A DNA stretch of 64,000 nucleotides, taken from Eledone cirrhosa. Its lineage: Eukaryota. The stretch is from positions 43,710,001 to 43,774,000 of the forward strand of contig OZ024740.1 of NCBI GenBank assembly GCA_964016885.1, given 5' to 3'. Position numbers and translations under genes: made by a program. The notes beneath the pieces are model-generated. The model made no database searches and was not told the DNA's origin. It saw only the letters and a list, made by a program, of their open reading frames with translations. Position 1 is the stretch's first letter. Each line of letters begins with the position of its first letter. This document shows, one piece after another, positions 24,843 to 38,382 of the stretch.

Positions 24843-25655
24843 CTTACCACCGTTTCCTGGGGTCCGGGTATAATTTTCAATCTTATTTTATTATTTGTTT
24901 GACCCGAATAGCTTGGTCGTTTCTATGGCTTTGCGGATAATGGTTTAACCATCGTCTCAGTGTGTTTGGCCTTTTAACTTATGTTGTAGCTCTAGTTCAC
25001 TAGCTTCTATGGAGCGCTTGCCACACATCTCGGAAGTTGTTTTTCGCTAATTTCCAATATCCGAAATGCGATTCTCGCTAATTTATATTTGTATTAATCT
25101 CCAGATTCTAGCTATTAACTAGTTAATTTTTTTGATTTTTTTAGTTAATCTATTGACTAATTAATAGCTCTTGTTAATTTTTAAAACTATTCTGTTGAGA
25201 GCTTAATTCGTTTTGTGATATTTGGCAATTTTGCAATAACACACATACTGAATTCATCCGCCAAGACTAGGGGTTGTCTCCATTATCACACCCCACGTGG
25301 GTTTTGTAACGGTCAGTCCTTAGCTTTGCATAGAACTAAATTTCTGTTGAAAAAGTGACTTCCTTGTTCGATCATCATACCAAAATTTTAACATTATTTG
25401 TTTAAGCAGACGGTACCTGATTTAGGAGTTGCAGAAACCCCATATTGGATCTTACCACCGTTTCTAGGGGTCCGGGTATAATTTTCAATCGTATTTTATT
25501 ATTTGTTTTGCCCGAATAGCTTGGTCGTTTCTATGACTTTGCGGATAATGGTTTAACCATCGTCTCAGTGTGTTTGGCCTTTTAACTTACGTTGTTGCTC
25601 TAGTTCACTTGATTCTATGGAGCGCTTGCCACACATCTCAAGAGTTGTGTTTCGC
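24835..25655. repeat. ~205-bp direct repeats (24835-25040 and 25443-25648) of an unclassified interspersed element
   Basis: ATATTGGATCTTACCACCGTTTC...GGAGCGCTTGCCACACATCTC occurs twice. A related inverted sequence lies at ~15240-15350. Confidence 0.8.
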
Positions 25656-25874
25656 TGTGTTTGCATAGCTACGGCTTCCTAAAGCCGTGTTACTTTACAA
25701 ATACGAAATTTCTATACATATCCATCAAATACATATTTCCTTATAGTTGATTGGGTGATGTGTCATATTCCTTTCAAATCCAGACAGTGAAATACAGAAG
25801 AATCTCAGAAATTGGGGGCTTGTAACTGGGCATGTATCAGCAATTGTGATAATAATAATAATAATAATAATAAT

Positions 25875-28800
25875 AGTAATGCTTTCTTTATTAACCACAA
25901 GGGTTTACATAAAGTAGACATTAACGACAGTACAGGACAATACAGGACGGTAAAAATGGGCATTTCTGCGTGTAAACAACAAAAACAGAGGATGTAACAA
26001 AAAAATAACAATGAAAAATTCCCCAATATGGGGGAGATTTCCGAGGGACAGTCGTGGAGAAAGCCCATTAAAAAGCCACAGTGACCCTCACCAACAGGGC
26101 AAGTGCCCTCTCCCAGTTTTCCACCTTTAATTTACAGACACATACTCAAAGTAGGCCCATTTACTCGGGCCATTCATGCCTCTCTCACCTATCTTTCAAC
26201 AAAATGCTGGGAAGAGTGCACTTCCCACTCTACCGAGATTTTCCTTTTCAAATGAAATTGGAAAAAGTTAATCACGGCATCATCGAAGAGGTAAGTGCTC
26301 GTCGTCAGCCCTTTCAAACGTGTCCACCATACTATCTATTTCGCCATGGCCACCATACTGATAAAAACTGCCTGCCCTTCCCGGCTAAAGGAAAAAGGCG
26401 GGGCAATCCTCACGATGGACTCAGCTGATAGCTGGATCCGTCCTACACGCGACAGCAGGTGTTCGACATAAACCCACTAGTCAGCAATGCTCGGACACTG
26501 GACGAGTGCGTGCAGGGCGGTTTCGTCGCCCTGCGCGAATCTCGGACATGCCCGATTGACGGCACCTCAATTCCTGTAGAGTTTATCCCGAACTGGCAAA
26601 GCTCCTCGGTAGCACTGCCAGGCCATGGATTTCTGGAAGTTGTCCAAAGGCCCCGGCCCGAAAGTTCTTCCGAAGAGATTGGCTAGTTGATTTTCGTCGA
26701 CGCCTACATTTTCCCCAAGTACGTCGTCGCTCTTCCCCTCCACTAATCCTCTATAGAACGCCGAGGTGGAGTTTCCACCGATCACATTGCCCGATTGGTC
26801 GAGGGCTGTGAGCGCCTGAAGACATTCCAGTCTCCAGGCGCTCACTGTCGGTCTTCGCTTGACCCAGGACTGCGGCTTCGTCAAGGAAACGAGCTGGGGA
26901 AATACGTGTCTAGCAAACGGCGACCACACCTGATCACCGTTCAGGAAGAGGTGGAGATGTCGTAGCCTGAGCGCGTGCCTGCGCATCACCAGCCACGGCA
27001 TGCCCAGCCCTCCACGTAGCGGGTGTTGACAGCAGATGGACCGCCTGACTATCGGGGCGCGTCCCTTCCACAAAAAACGAAAGAGCAAACGCTCCAGTGC
27101 AGTCAGGCGGGGCTTAGGACAAGGTACGACGGTCAGGCGGTAATAGATGACGGACGCGACGTACGCTTTAGCCACCTCTGCTCGACCTTTCAGGGATAGC
27201 GTCCTCTCCACCCATTTCTGGGTGAGAGAAGCCACCCTGTTCGTCACCTCGTTCCAGTTTTTGTCCGTTTGGATGTCCGGACCGAACCAGACCCCTAGCA
27301 ATTTAACCGGTCCGTGCGTCCAGCGCCCGACGACGCTGTTGGACGGTATGGACCTGCCTCTCCAGGTGCCGAGCTGCAGGCCCACTAACTTTTCCTAGTT
27401 GATCATTGCTCCTGTCACCGCTTTGTATTCTCTTAGTGTAGTGTCTATCGCATCGATATGTCTAGCGTTCGACACCACTACGGTGACATCGACCGCATAT
27501 GCTGACACGAATCTTCCGCTTCCTAGTTCGCGCGGGATCACCCCAATGTCTCCAGTTTGTGGAGTAATGGTTCGAGAGTCAATACGTACAAGAGGGACGA
27601 GAGGGAACATCCTTGGCGGACCGAATGCATGATGTTGAACGTTTCCGAAAGGTGACCGTTCACTCTCACCACAGAGCAGATGTCGCGGTGCATGGCAGCG
27701 ATCCAGCCTCTGAAGACGGGCCCTCCGGACTGCCGATAGGTAACGATGGTTGACCCTATCGAAAGTTTTCGACTGATCTGAATTTATCAAGGACGCACCC
27801 GTGCCAGGTTCCCCAGCTACCCTCTCTACGATGTATCGCATGAGGTGGAGGTTGTCGTGGATGGATCTGTCGGGAATGGCAACACACCGCCCCAGTGGCC
27901 GAGAGACGCGGCAGTCCGTCGAGATAGACACTAAAGTCCATCCCTCGATCCGGCTCGCCGCTGCCCACGAACAGCTGAGCTAAGTGTCGCTGAAAAGCTT
28001 CACACATTTTCCCGGGATCGAGTAGCATGCGCCCGTCGTGGTCTACCAAAGACCGGATCGTGGCTTTGTTGCCACGACGCGCCTCCACCACTCAGGCCCA
28101 TTGAACGGCTTTCGTCCCCTCGTGTCTGCGAGCACGCACACTAGCTCTGAAAAACGCAGCCTACGTGCTTTGCATTGAAGAATTGGTCAAGGGCCAATTT
28201 CGCCGCAAGTACGTCAGCTCGATGCCTTTGCTAAGCGCCTCGTCTAATTTTCTAACTAGTTCTCTCTCTGCTCTAATATTCTCTATTGCTAAAGCCTTAC
28301 TAAACCTAATGGACTCTATTCTAATCGCTATTTTCAGAGCAAACCACCACTTGTTGTTGACGATGGCCCCCGTCAACGCCCGCTTAACTAGTTCGCTAAT
28401 CCGGTCTCTGTAGGCCTTGCGCGCTGGTAAGGACGCGTTTAGCTTCCAGTAGCCGGTACCTCGACTATGAAGCCTATCTAAGTCAAGCACACAGATCACG
28501 AATTTGTGGTCCGTGTAGCTGACTATCTTGAATTGTGGATAGCCTATGCTAGACCTATCTATTTCTCTACAAAATACTCTATCTAAATATGATCTGGATG
28601 ACCCTATACGATTTGTCCAAGTCCACATTGGCACATTTGGGAAATCCAATCGGTACCTGTCAGACAGTTCAAAACGCCTGAGCAGGTTGGTGAGGCTCTT
28701 GCACCCTCCTCCCCTATCCGCTAATCCCACACAGTCCCAGCGTGCATCTAATATCCCGATCCAGTCGCCCACTAACACTAACACTTTCCAAGAAAGGTCT

Positions 28801-30345
28801 CCAGACGCCGGAGCAAATCAGGCCGCCCTGCTCCTGTCGGGGCATAGACGGCCACTAGCCTGAAAGCTTGCCCGTCTCCGCTGGTCACGTCCAGCACCAC
28901 CAAATTACCTTCTGGGTCCAGGAAGATGGCCCGTATGGCGAGTTCCAAGCCTCTCCGAAAAAGCACAGCAAGTCCTCCCCCCAGTCGAAGACTGCTGGGA
29001 GTTTCGTACACATCGTAGCCACCGAAGATCGGTGCGAAGGCCCGTGCTTCGCAGATTCTAGTCTCGCTTATGGCCACTACATCTATGTTTAGTGACCTGA
29101 GGTTGTTGAGCAGGTGGCCTTGCTTCCATGACGACCCCATGCCACACGCATTTATGCTGCCTATTCTGAGTGAGGTCATGTTGAAATGGAGTGGAAAAGA
29201 TGGGAAGCACCACTTAACTTACTTCTCGTAGAGGAAGGATGGTTTCTCCATCCTTTTCAATGCTTTTCGGCCCGACCGGAAGGATGTCCTTATAAATCCT
29301 CCTGGAGAGTGCTTGTCGGAAGTCTCCGATGTCTTTGGGGAAATTTTGTTTTAGTGTCCTGTACGTTTTCTGTGTAATGCGAGTGATTTGTATGTGTGGA
29401 GGTGGTGTGAACTTTTGGGTTGTTGTGTAGTCTTTTTCTGTGATGCTGGTGTTGGGTTGGATATAGTGTGATAATTGGTTGTTCAAATTTAATGCTGTGT
29501 AGTGTGTATCGTTTTGGTTGTTTTGTTTTGTTTGCGTTTGTTGTGAGTTTGTTTCTGTTTCGCTTTTTGGTGACTTTTGTCGTGTTGGGGTTAATGATGG
29601 TGATGGTGTTGGTGTTTGTGGTGATGGGGTTGGTGATGCTGGTGTGGATGGTGGCATAGCTGTCCTAACTTTTTTGTTTGATAGTTTATTTGTTTCCCTC
29701 TGTATTGTGTTTTTGGAGGGGGATGGAAGAGGATTTTTTTCTTTTTTGGTTTCTTTTTCTTTTTTTCATTTTTCCTGATACCGTTTCCCACTCCTCGTCG
29801 TCACAATCTGTTTCCAGCTGCGGTAGGTCGGGGAGTGGAAAATCCTCCACAGGCGTTGGTTTTGGTTGTGGCGTGGTGGATGGTGTAGGCGCTGGTGCTA
29901 GTTCTGGCGCGTTGGGTGGTGGTGGTGTTGGTTTTGCTACTGTTGCTGGGGTTGTTGCTGTTACAGTTGCTTCTGTTGTTGCTGCTACAGTTGTTGCTGC
30001 CATTTCTGTTGCTGGTGGTGTTGAGTGTTGAGTCACTGGGGTGGGTAAGAGAGGTTGCCCAGAAAGCCCTTAGGTGGGTTCCTTTACCACAAACGACACA
30101 CCTAGGCCTTCTGCCCTCGACAATTACGTTGAGGTGGCTGACGTCAGTGAGGTCTATTACCACTGGGATTTCCTCAATACTTTTCTGGTCCGCTTGGATC
30201 AGGAGCTCCATCCCAGATGCGGACCAGTTCTCCTGCTTTTCTTTCGCTATTTCGATTATCTTGGTGTTGGCTTCGATGTGTGTCTTCGATGGTGTGTCCT
30301 TTTCAGAAAACAATATATGTGCACTTTTATACAGTTAACAATAAA
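25875..30345 (-). mobile_element. Tx1 LINE copy A2, degenerate with internal deletions
   Basis: Highly similar to 1-3470. ORF2 fragments 28778-29179, 28161-28784, 27395-27931, 26567-27385. 3' end AATAAA followed by (ATT)n at 25848-25875. Confidence 0.9.
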
Positions 30346-31749
30346 TATGGTCTTTCTATTGGTGTTGTTGTTGGTGGTTTTGCCGGTGCTGGTGTTGGTT
30401 GTGGTCCTCGCCCCGGCGTCGGCAGCAGTGGAGCCTTTCGACCCCTTGCCTCTTTCAGCAGTTGAGGACAGAATGCTCGCAGATGTGTTTTTTCCCCACA
30501 AACAAAACACTGCGGCCTTTTGCCTTCGGTCATAATGTGAATGACCGTCCCATTCTGAAGGCGGATGTGGTCCGGGATTGTTTTCACATTCTCTGGCCTG
30601 ATCTCGAGCAGGATCTCCAGGTCAACCCCGGACCAGTCCTCTCTAGCCGTTCTGGTCACTTCTATAGAGACGGTATCCGTCCCCTCCACAATCACACATC
30701 CCAGAAGCAACCACATGTCAAGTCCTGGTGGGAGTATGGGAATGCGGAGATGGGCCGTTCTTTTAACCATGTGGGAGGGGTACATTATGACCTTGCTGGT
30801 TATGCAAGGAGTCATAGCGTGTTTCATAGCTTCTGGTTTGAACCATACCGAAATGGTGCCGTACTGTCTTCCCCTCTCTATGTATTTGGTGTCTTCTCTG
30901 ATGCATCTCCGCGCGACTTCGACATCTTCTTGGTGGGATTAAAGCTGCCCTTTTGATTTGTGCTGAGATGCATCTATAATGCACCGTTCTGCGCTCCACT
31001 GCCTCAATAGCTTCTACCGGGACAGTTAAGTTGGCCCAGGTTTGCTCTTGCTTGATGAGCTTCCATGCCTGGGCCAACTTTTCATCTTTGTTTGAGAGGT
31101 CCATGTTGAAGCATGGTCTCTTTTTTGCTGCTGCCGCAGCGAAAGTGTTCTTCTGTTTTCGTTGGGGGTGTTGTTGTCGTTGTCGTTGTTCTTGTTGGTG
31201 TTGTTGTTAGCACTGTCGCTGTTATCATTGTTGTCTTTGTTGCCACCGTTGTTCTCGGTGCAGTTGGTATTGTTGCTGTTGGTGTTGTCGCTATTTGTTT
31301 TCATGTTAGTGGTGTTGATATTGTTGTTACATTTGTTATTTTTTTTTTGTTATCTGTATTTTCGTTGTCGCTGTTACTGTCATTTTTTTTCAAATTAGAG
31401 TTCTTATTGGTATCATTGGTGTCTTTGTTTACCTTGTTTGTGGTGGTGTTTGTGTTATCAATTCGTGTTAATTTCACTGTAGCGCTCCTCTCAACTTCTA
31501 CGTCGTTGTCGCACGACAGCAGACATATCGCTGGGGGGCGTGGCTCAGCCATGTTTTATTTTCTCCTTAAATTTTTTAACATGTAAAAAAGTTCAAATAT
31601 TTGGGCCAAAAGGCCCAAATATTATACTTTCCCCTTGTCAGGGCAAAGTATATATCCCTTACACAACAAGAAATATTTAACAACAAATAATTTTAACAGG
31701 CAAATAAAGCGACTTACTGGGAGCGAGTAAAAAGGACGTCCGAACAGAT
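30346..31749 (-). mobile_element. 5' UTR and ORF1 of a second Tx1 subfamily, fused upstream of copy A2
   Basis: ORF1 pieces 31301-31552, 30763-31104 and 30327-30827 with CFVCGEKTHLRAFC. 5' end abuts (AAT)n at 31750. Confidence 0.8.
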
Positions 31750-31770
31750 CAATAATAATAATAATAATAA

Positions 31771-33680
31771 TGGTTTCTTTATTGGCCAAAATGGCTAACA
31801 TGAAGAAAAACATTACACACGGCACAGAACGGTACAAGATGATACAAAGTAGGTTTGGGCCGTGTAAAAAAGGTTATAAGAAGAAGATAGAAATATCAAA
31901 AAAATTAAAACAAGAAAATTCCCCAATATGGGGGAAACCTCCAAGGGTCACTCGTGGCAAAAACCACACAAAAGACGACGGCCACCCTGACCACCAGGAC
32001 AAGCGTCCTCTCTCACTTTTCCACTCCTCAGTCTACAGGAGCATACTCAGAGCGGGATCGTTCACTCGGACCAGACTCGCCACTTTCACCCACCTTTCAA
32101 CAAACTTATTAAAAGACAGCACTTGTCTCTTCACCCTGATTTTCCTCTTCAAGTGAAATTTGAAAATTAGGGATTCGCCGAAGAGGAAAGTGTCCGTCTT
32201 CAATCCTTTTAACCTTGTCCACCATACAATCTCTTTCGCCATGGCCACCAGGCAGATGAAAACTGCCTGTCCTGCACCTCCCTCTTCCTTAAAGGGGGAC
32301 GGCGGGGCTATCTGCACAATGGACTCAGTCGATAACCGGATCCGTCCTACACGTGACAGCAAATGTTCGACATAGTTCCACAAGTCAGCAATGCTCGGAC
32401 ACTGAACGAGTGCGTGCACAACGGTTTCGTCGTTCTGTGCGCATCTCGGACAGGTCCGGCTGACGGCCCTTCCGTGCCTGTAGAGCTTATCTCAAACCGG
32501 CAACGCACCCCGGTAGCACTGCCTGGCCATGGATTTCTGGAAGTTGTCCATAGGCCCCGGGCTGAAAATTCCCTTCAAGAGAGCGAACAGCTGATCGTCT
32601 TCGACGCCCAGGGTCTCCCTGAGAACGTCGTCAGTCTTCCTCTCCACTAGTCAACTATAGAACGCCGAGGTGGATGTTCCACCGATACTAGTGCCCATCT
32701 GGTAGAAGACTGTGAGCGCTTGGAGACTTTCCAGCTTCCAATCGCTATCCCTCGGTCTTTTCCTGATCTAGGACTGCAGCTCCATTAATGAGACTAGCTG
32801 GGGAAAAACACGTCTGGCAAACGGTGACCACACCTGTTTACCGTGAAGGAAGCACCAGAGATGTCGCAGTCCCAGCGCGTGTTTGCGCATCATCAGCCAC
32901 GGCATGCCCAGCCCTGGAGATGGAGGTTGTCGTGGATGGATCTGTCCAGAATGGCACATGTCTGTGCCTCTCCTACCAGATTACCGACGACAAGCGCCAA
33001 TCTCGTTGATAACACCTTGGCCAAATCTTGAAGTCTGCGTTTAACAGAGTTATGGGACTGAAGTTGTCTATAACGTCCCCTTTGTTCGTTCTTTTCTCAA
33101 CAGCGCTACCGCTCCCCGGCTCACAAAACTTGGAATGCTCCCGTTCTGCTGCCAGTCTGCCAAGAGGTCGCCGAACAAGTCTGGCATGTACGCATAAAGC
33201 TCGTAGGGCAGACCATCCAAACCTGGAGATTTACCCCTCAGGCAGTCAGACATCGCTTCCCGTATTTCACCTGTTGTTATCGGCTTTTCGCAATACTGCA
33301 CTGCGGTCGTCGAGACCGCACTGAGGTTCATACTCTGATCTGGCCCGCCACCGCTCCCAAACAGTTGAGCAAAGAGCTGGTGAAAAGCCTCACACATCTG
33401 CTCGGGTTCGAGTAACATGTGCCGGTTTTGGTCAGGCAAGGATTGAATTGTGGCTTTGTTGCAACGTCGTGCCTCCACCACCCGGGCCCATTGGACAGCT
33501 TTAGTCCCCTCTTGTTTCAGAGCACGCGCTCTAGCTCTGACAACGCAGCCTTCGTGCTTTTCATTGAAGAATTGGTCGAGTGCCAATCTTGCCGCAAGCA
33601 CGTCGGTTGCGATGCCTGTTCTAAACGCCTCTTCTAGCTTTCTAACTAGCTCTCCTTCTACTCTATTTTCCTCTATTTTT
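31771..33680 (-). mobile_element. Tx1 LINE copy C, 5'-truncated with a large internal RT deletion
   Basis: ORF2 fragments 33068-33601 and 32033-32419. The junction at ~32912 joins IHDNLHL to GLGMPWL. Confidence 0.88.
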
Positions 33681-34586
33681 ACTCTTTTCTAAAATAATTA
33701 TACGAAGAAGAACAAGAAGAAGAAGAAGATAGTGAGTGGGAGCGACAGAGAAGAAAATGATATACACATATATTATATGTATATTGTTTACTGAATTCGG
33801 TCATGGGACTGCCCAAATGTGGGGCTAAATAGAAGGGAGGCCATTTTTTGATCATATCAACCACACTACAATTTTATCTTAAAGTTTGGTACGTATTTTA
33901 TTGATTTCTATTTGTGGAACATCTAAGCTACGAGCCATATAAGCAAACAGCAGCGTAAATTTTAAGAAAAGAATACCAAGTACTTAGTGAATAAATATTA
34001 CTTAGACTCTGAAAACGTGACATTCAAAAGAACTTTTATATTTCCTTTAAAAGAACATATTTTTTGCAATGTATACTCTTTTCTATTTCCAACCAATTTT
34101 TGTTTCTGTGAATCCGCATTTTCTCTGGCAATGCAAATGTACGTGTTGTAATTCTATTGTTATATTATTGCTATATAAATTTTTCATCAATGTACCCACT
34201 TAATCATAAACTACTATTTGTTAGAGGGAAGAAATAAACTCTGATATATGCAAATATAATCGTTGTATTTGTTGTCTTCTCTATGCAAATCCAAACTACA
34301 ATTTCTTTCAATTGGCATTATGGTTGAGTCTACATTATACATCTTAATTTCTTTCATTCTTATTTTCTTTGCAATATTTTGCATTGCGAATCTTAATGAC
34401 ACCTGGTAGCTAACTGCCGAAATTTCGAGAAGCCCCTAATTTTAAAAGCAAATATTTTGGAAAAAGCACAACCATAGTATTTCGTGTTGATGTCTCCATC
34501 AATATGGAATCAACAAACATTGGGAGGCTCATGCAACAGATGTTTGTCATCTACATCATCACTTTCAGCACTTTACTTTTGCTATA

Positions 34587-35485
34587 CGAGGTGGTATCAA
34601 AACGTTTCTGGACTAATTCTCTAGCGCACCAACAGATGGCAACACATGGTTGCGCGCGCAGTGAGAGGTAGCAGTCCTACATGGGCCAGTATGCCGAGTG
34701 TGATTGCTGTGTTCACAAGTTCTGAAATCTGTGTTTTGTGATCATGCGTATGCTGTACCCTGCGATTTTGTTATGAAGTTAGAAGTGCAAGTGTGAAATT
34801 GTGCGTTCAACTTAAGAGGTTTGCTACAGAGACATTGAGCATGCTTCAGCAAGGTTATGGTGGCGAGACAATATATCGTACGCAATGATTCGAGTGGCAC
34901 GGGCGCTTCAAAAGACGCGACAGAGCCGCAGCTCCCTCAAGAGCTTGCTCATCGTTTTTTTATCGACATACGCGGTATTGTGCATCGAGAATTCGTCCTG
35001 TAGGCCAAGACTTTCAATCGTGAGTTCTTCTGCAATGTTTTGAGGCGTATGATGGAGGACATTCGGCGAAAGCGACCGGATCTGTGGACCGCGAAGAATT
35101 AGATTCTTCGCGACGCCAATGCACCCGTTCACCGAGCTCTCCTGACTCGTGTGTTTCTCACCAAAAACAACATTGTATCACTTCTGCACACACCCTATTC
35201 GCCAGATTTAGCACCTGCGGACTTCCATCTTTTCTCCAAGCTGAAAATACAGCTCAACGGTCGCCGTTTTAACACCGTTGCCGAGATCCATAGCAAATCG
35301 CAGAAGGTCCCCGACTCGCTTCCGGAAAACGACTACCATGCCGGATTCCAGATGTGGCAGGAATGCTGAGACCACTATATTGCTGCGCAAGGTGACTATT
35401 TCGAAGGAGATGATGTTAAAACTTAGGTAAATGTATTAGTTTTTTGTAACCATAACTAGTCCGGGAATGTTTTGATACCACCTCG
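34587..35485 (+). mobile_element. Mariner (Tc1/mariner) DNA transposon, internally deleted
   Basis: TIRs CGAGGTGGTATCAAAAC...GTTTTGATACCACCTCG, TA target duplication on both sides, HTPYSPDLAPADFHLF motif. Confidence 0.92.
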
Positions 35486-35679
35486 TACTTAGAGAATATC
35501 ACAACACATTTGAAATATATAGAGAGATAAATACAGAATAAGCCATTAAAATTAAATGGGTAATTCTAGATAACTCACCACCTTTAATGAAGTGACTGAT
35601 ATTCTGTGACCTCTTTAGTTAGAAGTAGCATCGACTCTGATGCAACCATGAGGGATGGTTCACTGTGTTACAATTCTAT

Positions 35680-38090
35680 CCTTTTTTATGGATTGCATTG
35701 TATAGACTTTGAGCCACGACATCATGCCTCTTAGGTAGACAGCATCGGGATGACATATGTGGACTGCTGCTTATAATATGGGAGACATCTTCGATGTTAA
35801 TTCCGCAGAGTCTGCATCTGTTGTCGTATCTAGGTGTTTTGCCTTTATCCTTAACTCTTTTGTGAATCGGGTATTTTGTAGTAATTTCCTGTAATTGGTC
35901 TGCTAAAGCATATCCTTCAAAATGAGAACCAATATAACGATTGATTATGTATCTATATTACTCTCACTTTGAAGTATTCTTGCAACAAGCCATGCATACG
36001 TCTTCCTGATAAGCATGCAGGTTTTCATCAATGGATTTGCGGTACAATTTCCCTGGGTTTTAATTTTTAGTTATCCTGCAAGGAGTATTTCTCAAGGGGC
36101 TCCTTCGTAATTGGCATGATGTCATCTGCCTCATGTAGACAGACTTCTTCACTAGATGGGTTCCTACGCTTGGTGGTTCGTAGATGTTGTCAGAGGGATA
36201 TGATGCGACACTCATCTGCTCTCTGGACTGATGTTAAGTCTCTACCTCTCTGTTTACGTATAAGATAAAAGGCGGTCTATGTCACTGTCGATGTGGAAAT
36301 GCTGGTGGTGGTTAGGATATTTCGCGTTTTATCATCTAGCGCCCAATCAATTGTTCCAAATGTTGGTGCCAGGACAGGCACAACAAACACAATGCGGCCC
36401 ACTGATGTATTGTGAGCAGTGTTCAGAAGACCTTATTTTTTCTTAGTCGGGTTTTATATTCCCTGGTTACGCGTTCCTTGTTACAAATACCGGCATGGGA
36501 TATATTTTCATCTACCCTTAAATATCTGTAGCAATTCTCGTCAGATACCGGTGAAACACTCAGGCCATTGTTAGAATTGTTGCTTGATTGGTTGTAGTTT
36601 TCCTCGCTTTACAATCACATATGAACATTTAACCTGATCAACCTCCATTTCTATATCTTTCAAGAACATCGGAACCAGGTCAAGGTTTTTCTTCGCCTTA
36701 TTTCTTCGCTTTATAAAGTTTCAGGTCATCCACAAAAACGGTATGGGTTAGGTTTGTATTCCTGTCCTCCAGTGAACAAATTATGTATCCTTCATATTTC
36801 GACAGCAGAAAGGACAACAAGTTTAATGATAGTATAAATAGTTTCACAAAGAGACTGTCTCCTTTAAATATTCTATTTTATCAGTGAAAATAGAGTCTCC
36901 TTTGTTTTTAATTAACTTTAGTATAGCATCCCAAGAAAGGTTTTCTATAGCCTTGAAAACAGTATCTTGCACTTTAGCAAATTGAAGGGCCTCCACCATC
37001 CAAGAGTGGGGAACAGACCCGAATGCTTTTCTGTAGTCCAGCCAGACTGTAACTAAATTCTTGGGAACCAATATTGTTTCTGTAACTTTGTTCTTAGAGA
37101 CCAATATTGTTTCTGTAACTTTGTTCTTAGGGACCAATATTGTTTCTGCTAATGTCAACAACCCTGGTATATGTGCATCTATTTTGAGAGTTTGCTGGTA
37201 GAGTTTGATAAACTAAGTCCGATAGAATGACAGTTTTTTGTACCAGTAGCCGACAATAAAATCTCTTTCTGGTGTGTTCTTATCTTGGAGTTTTTCTATC
37301 ATAGTATCAAGGATATTGTCATTGATACTGTATGTTTTTGTTGTAATGCGGTGGCAATAGTTCGTTCGAATCTCTTTCAACTACACTGCGTCTTGGGTGA
37401 ATTTTTTCCTTACACCATATTTTTTTCCTTACACCATATTTTTCTCCAGATGGAATTTTATCTTTCTAGGATGGGGCCTCAGTGACATTTATTGCTTTGC
37501 CCCTCGAATCTCAATAGACTTGTGTTTGGTTTCGGATGAATCTTTTATTAATTATTTTTTCTTTCAGTCACCCTTTTCTGGGATCGAACTTTTTCACTGA
37601 CAGCTCACCAATTTTATTGAGCATAATCAACTTGTATTGAAGAGTTATTGTTGTACTGTCTCCAAACATCTTTTCTATTTTATTTGTTACTCTTTGTTGG
37701 TGAGTAGTGTAATATTTTGTTTTTGTTTGCATGAGAAGAACATTGTCACATATCCCATAGTTTTCCAAGGCCAGCAATCTTTTTTCTAGTTTTGTTATAC
37801 GAGGGCATGTTTGCGGTATTTTGTTTCTGTTAACATCTCTATTATCACCAACATAATGTTTCACTGTCATAGCTAGGGCATATAAGCAGGCGTTGATTTG
37901 CCAAAATGTAGGGGCTTTAATTTGTAGTAAATATTTACCTCCAATGTTGCCAATAACATTATTCATTAGCATTTCATTATTTGGTTTGCTGTTTAATATT
38001 GTTCTTTTAGGTCGTTCTGCGAAAGAAATATTTATACATGAATTAATTTCTCCTGAGATTTTCGTCGAGGGTATATTTTAACTGTTTTTT
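35680..38090 (-). mobile_element. R4/Dong-like RLE LINE, degenerate
   Basis: Fragments homologous to 38383-41640 (WLDYRKAFGSVPHSW, FVDDLKL, WQINACLY). Contains a 33-bp triplication at ~37060-37150. Confidence 0.8.
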
Positions 38091-38382
38091 ACTCTTCATT
38101 TTCCCAGGTAATGGCAGACGTATTATCATTTTGTATATATGTGTGTATGTATGTTCTTCTGGTTTTATAATTTCACAAATTTTTTCCCAATAGAGAGAGA
38201 GAGTCGGTTTCTAACATAGACACAAGACTCTCATTGGAATTTACACAACATCAACTAGGTAGATTATGTATGCATGCATGCATGTGTAGATATGGATGTT
38301 ATTGTATGTGTGGATGTGTATTTTTGATTTGTATGTGTGCATGTGTATATGCTTTGTATCTGTACATGTGTATATGCAGTTA

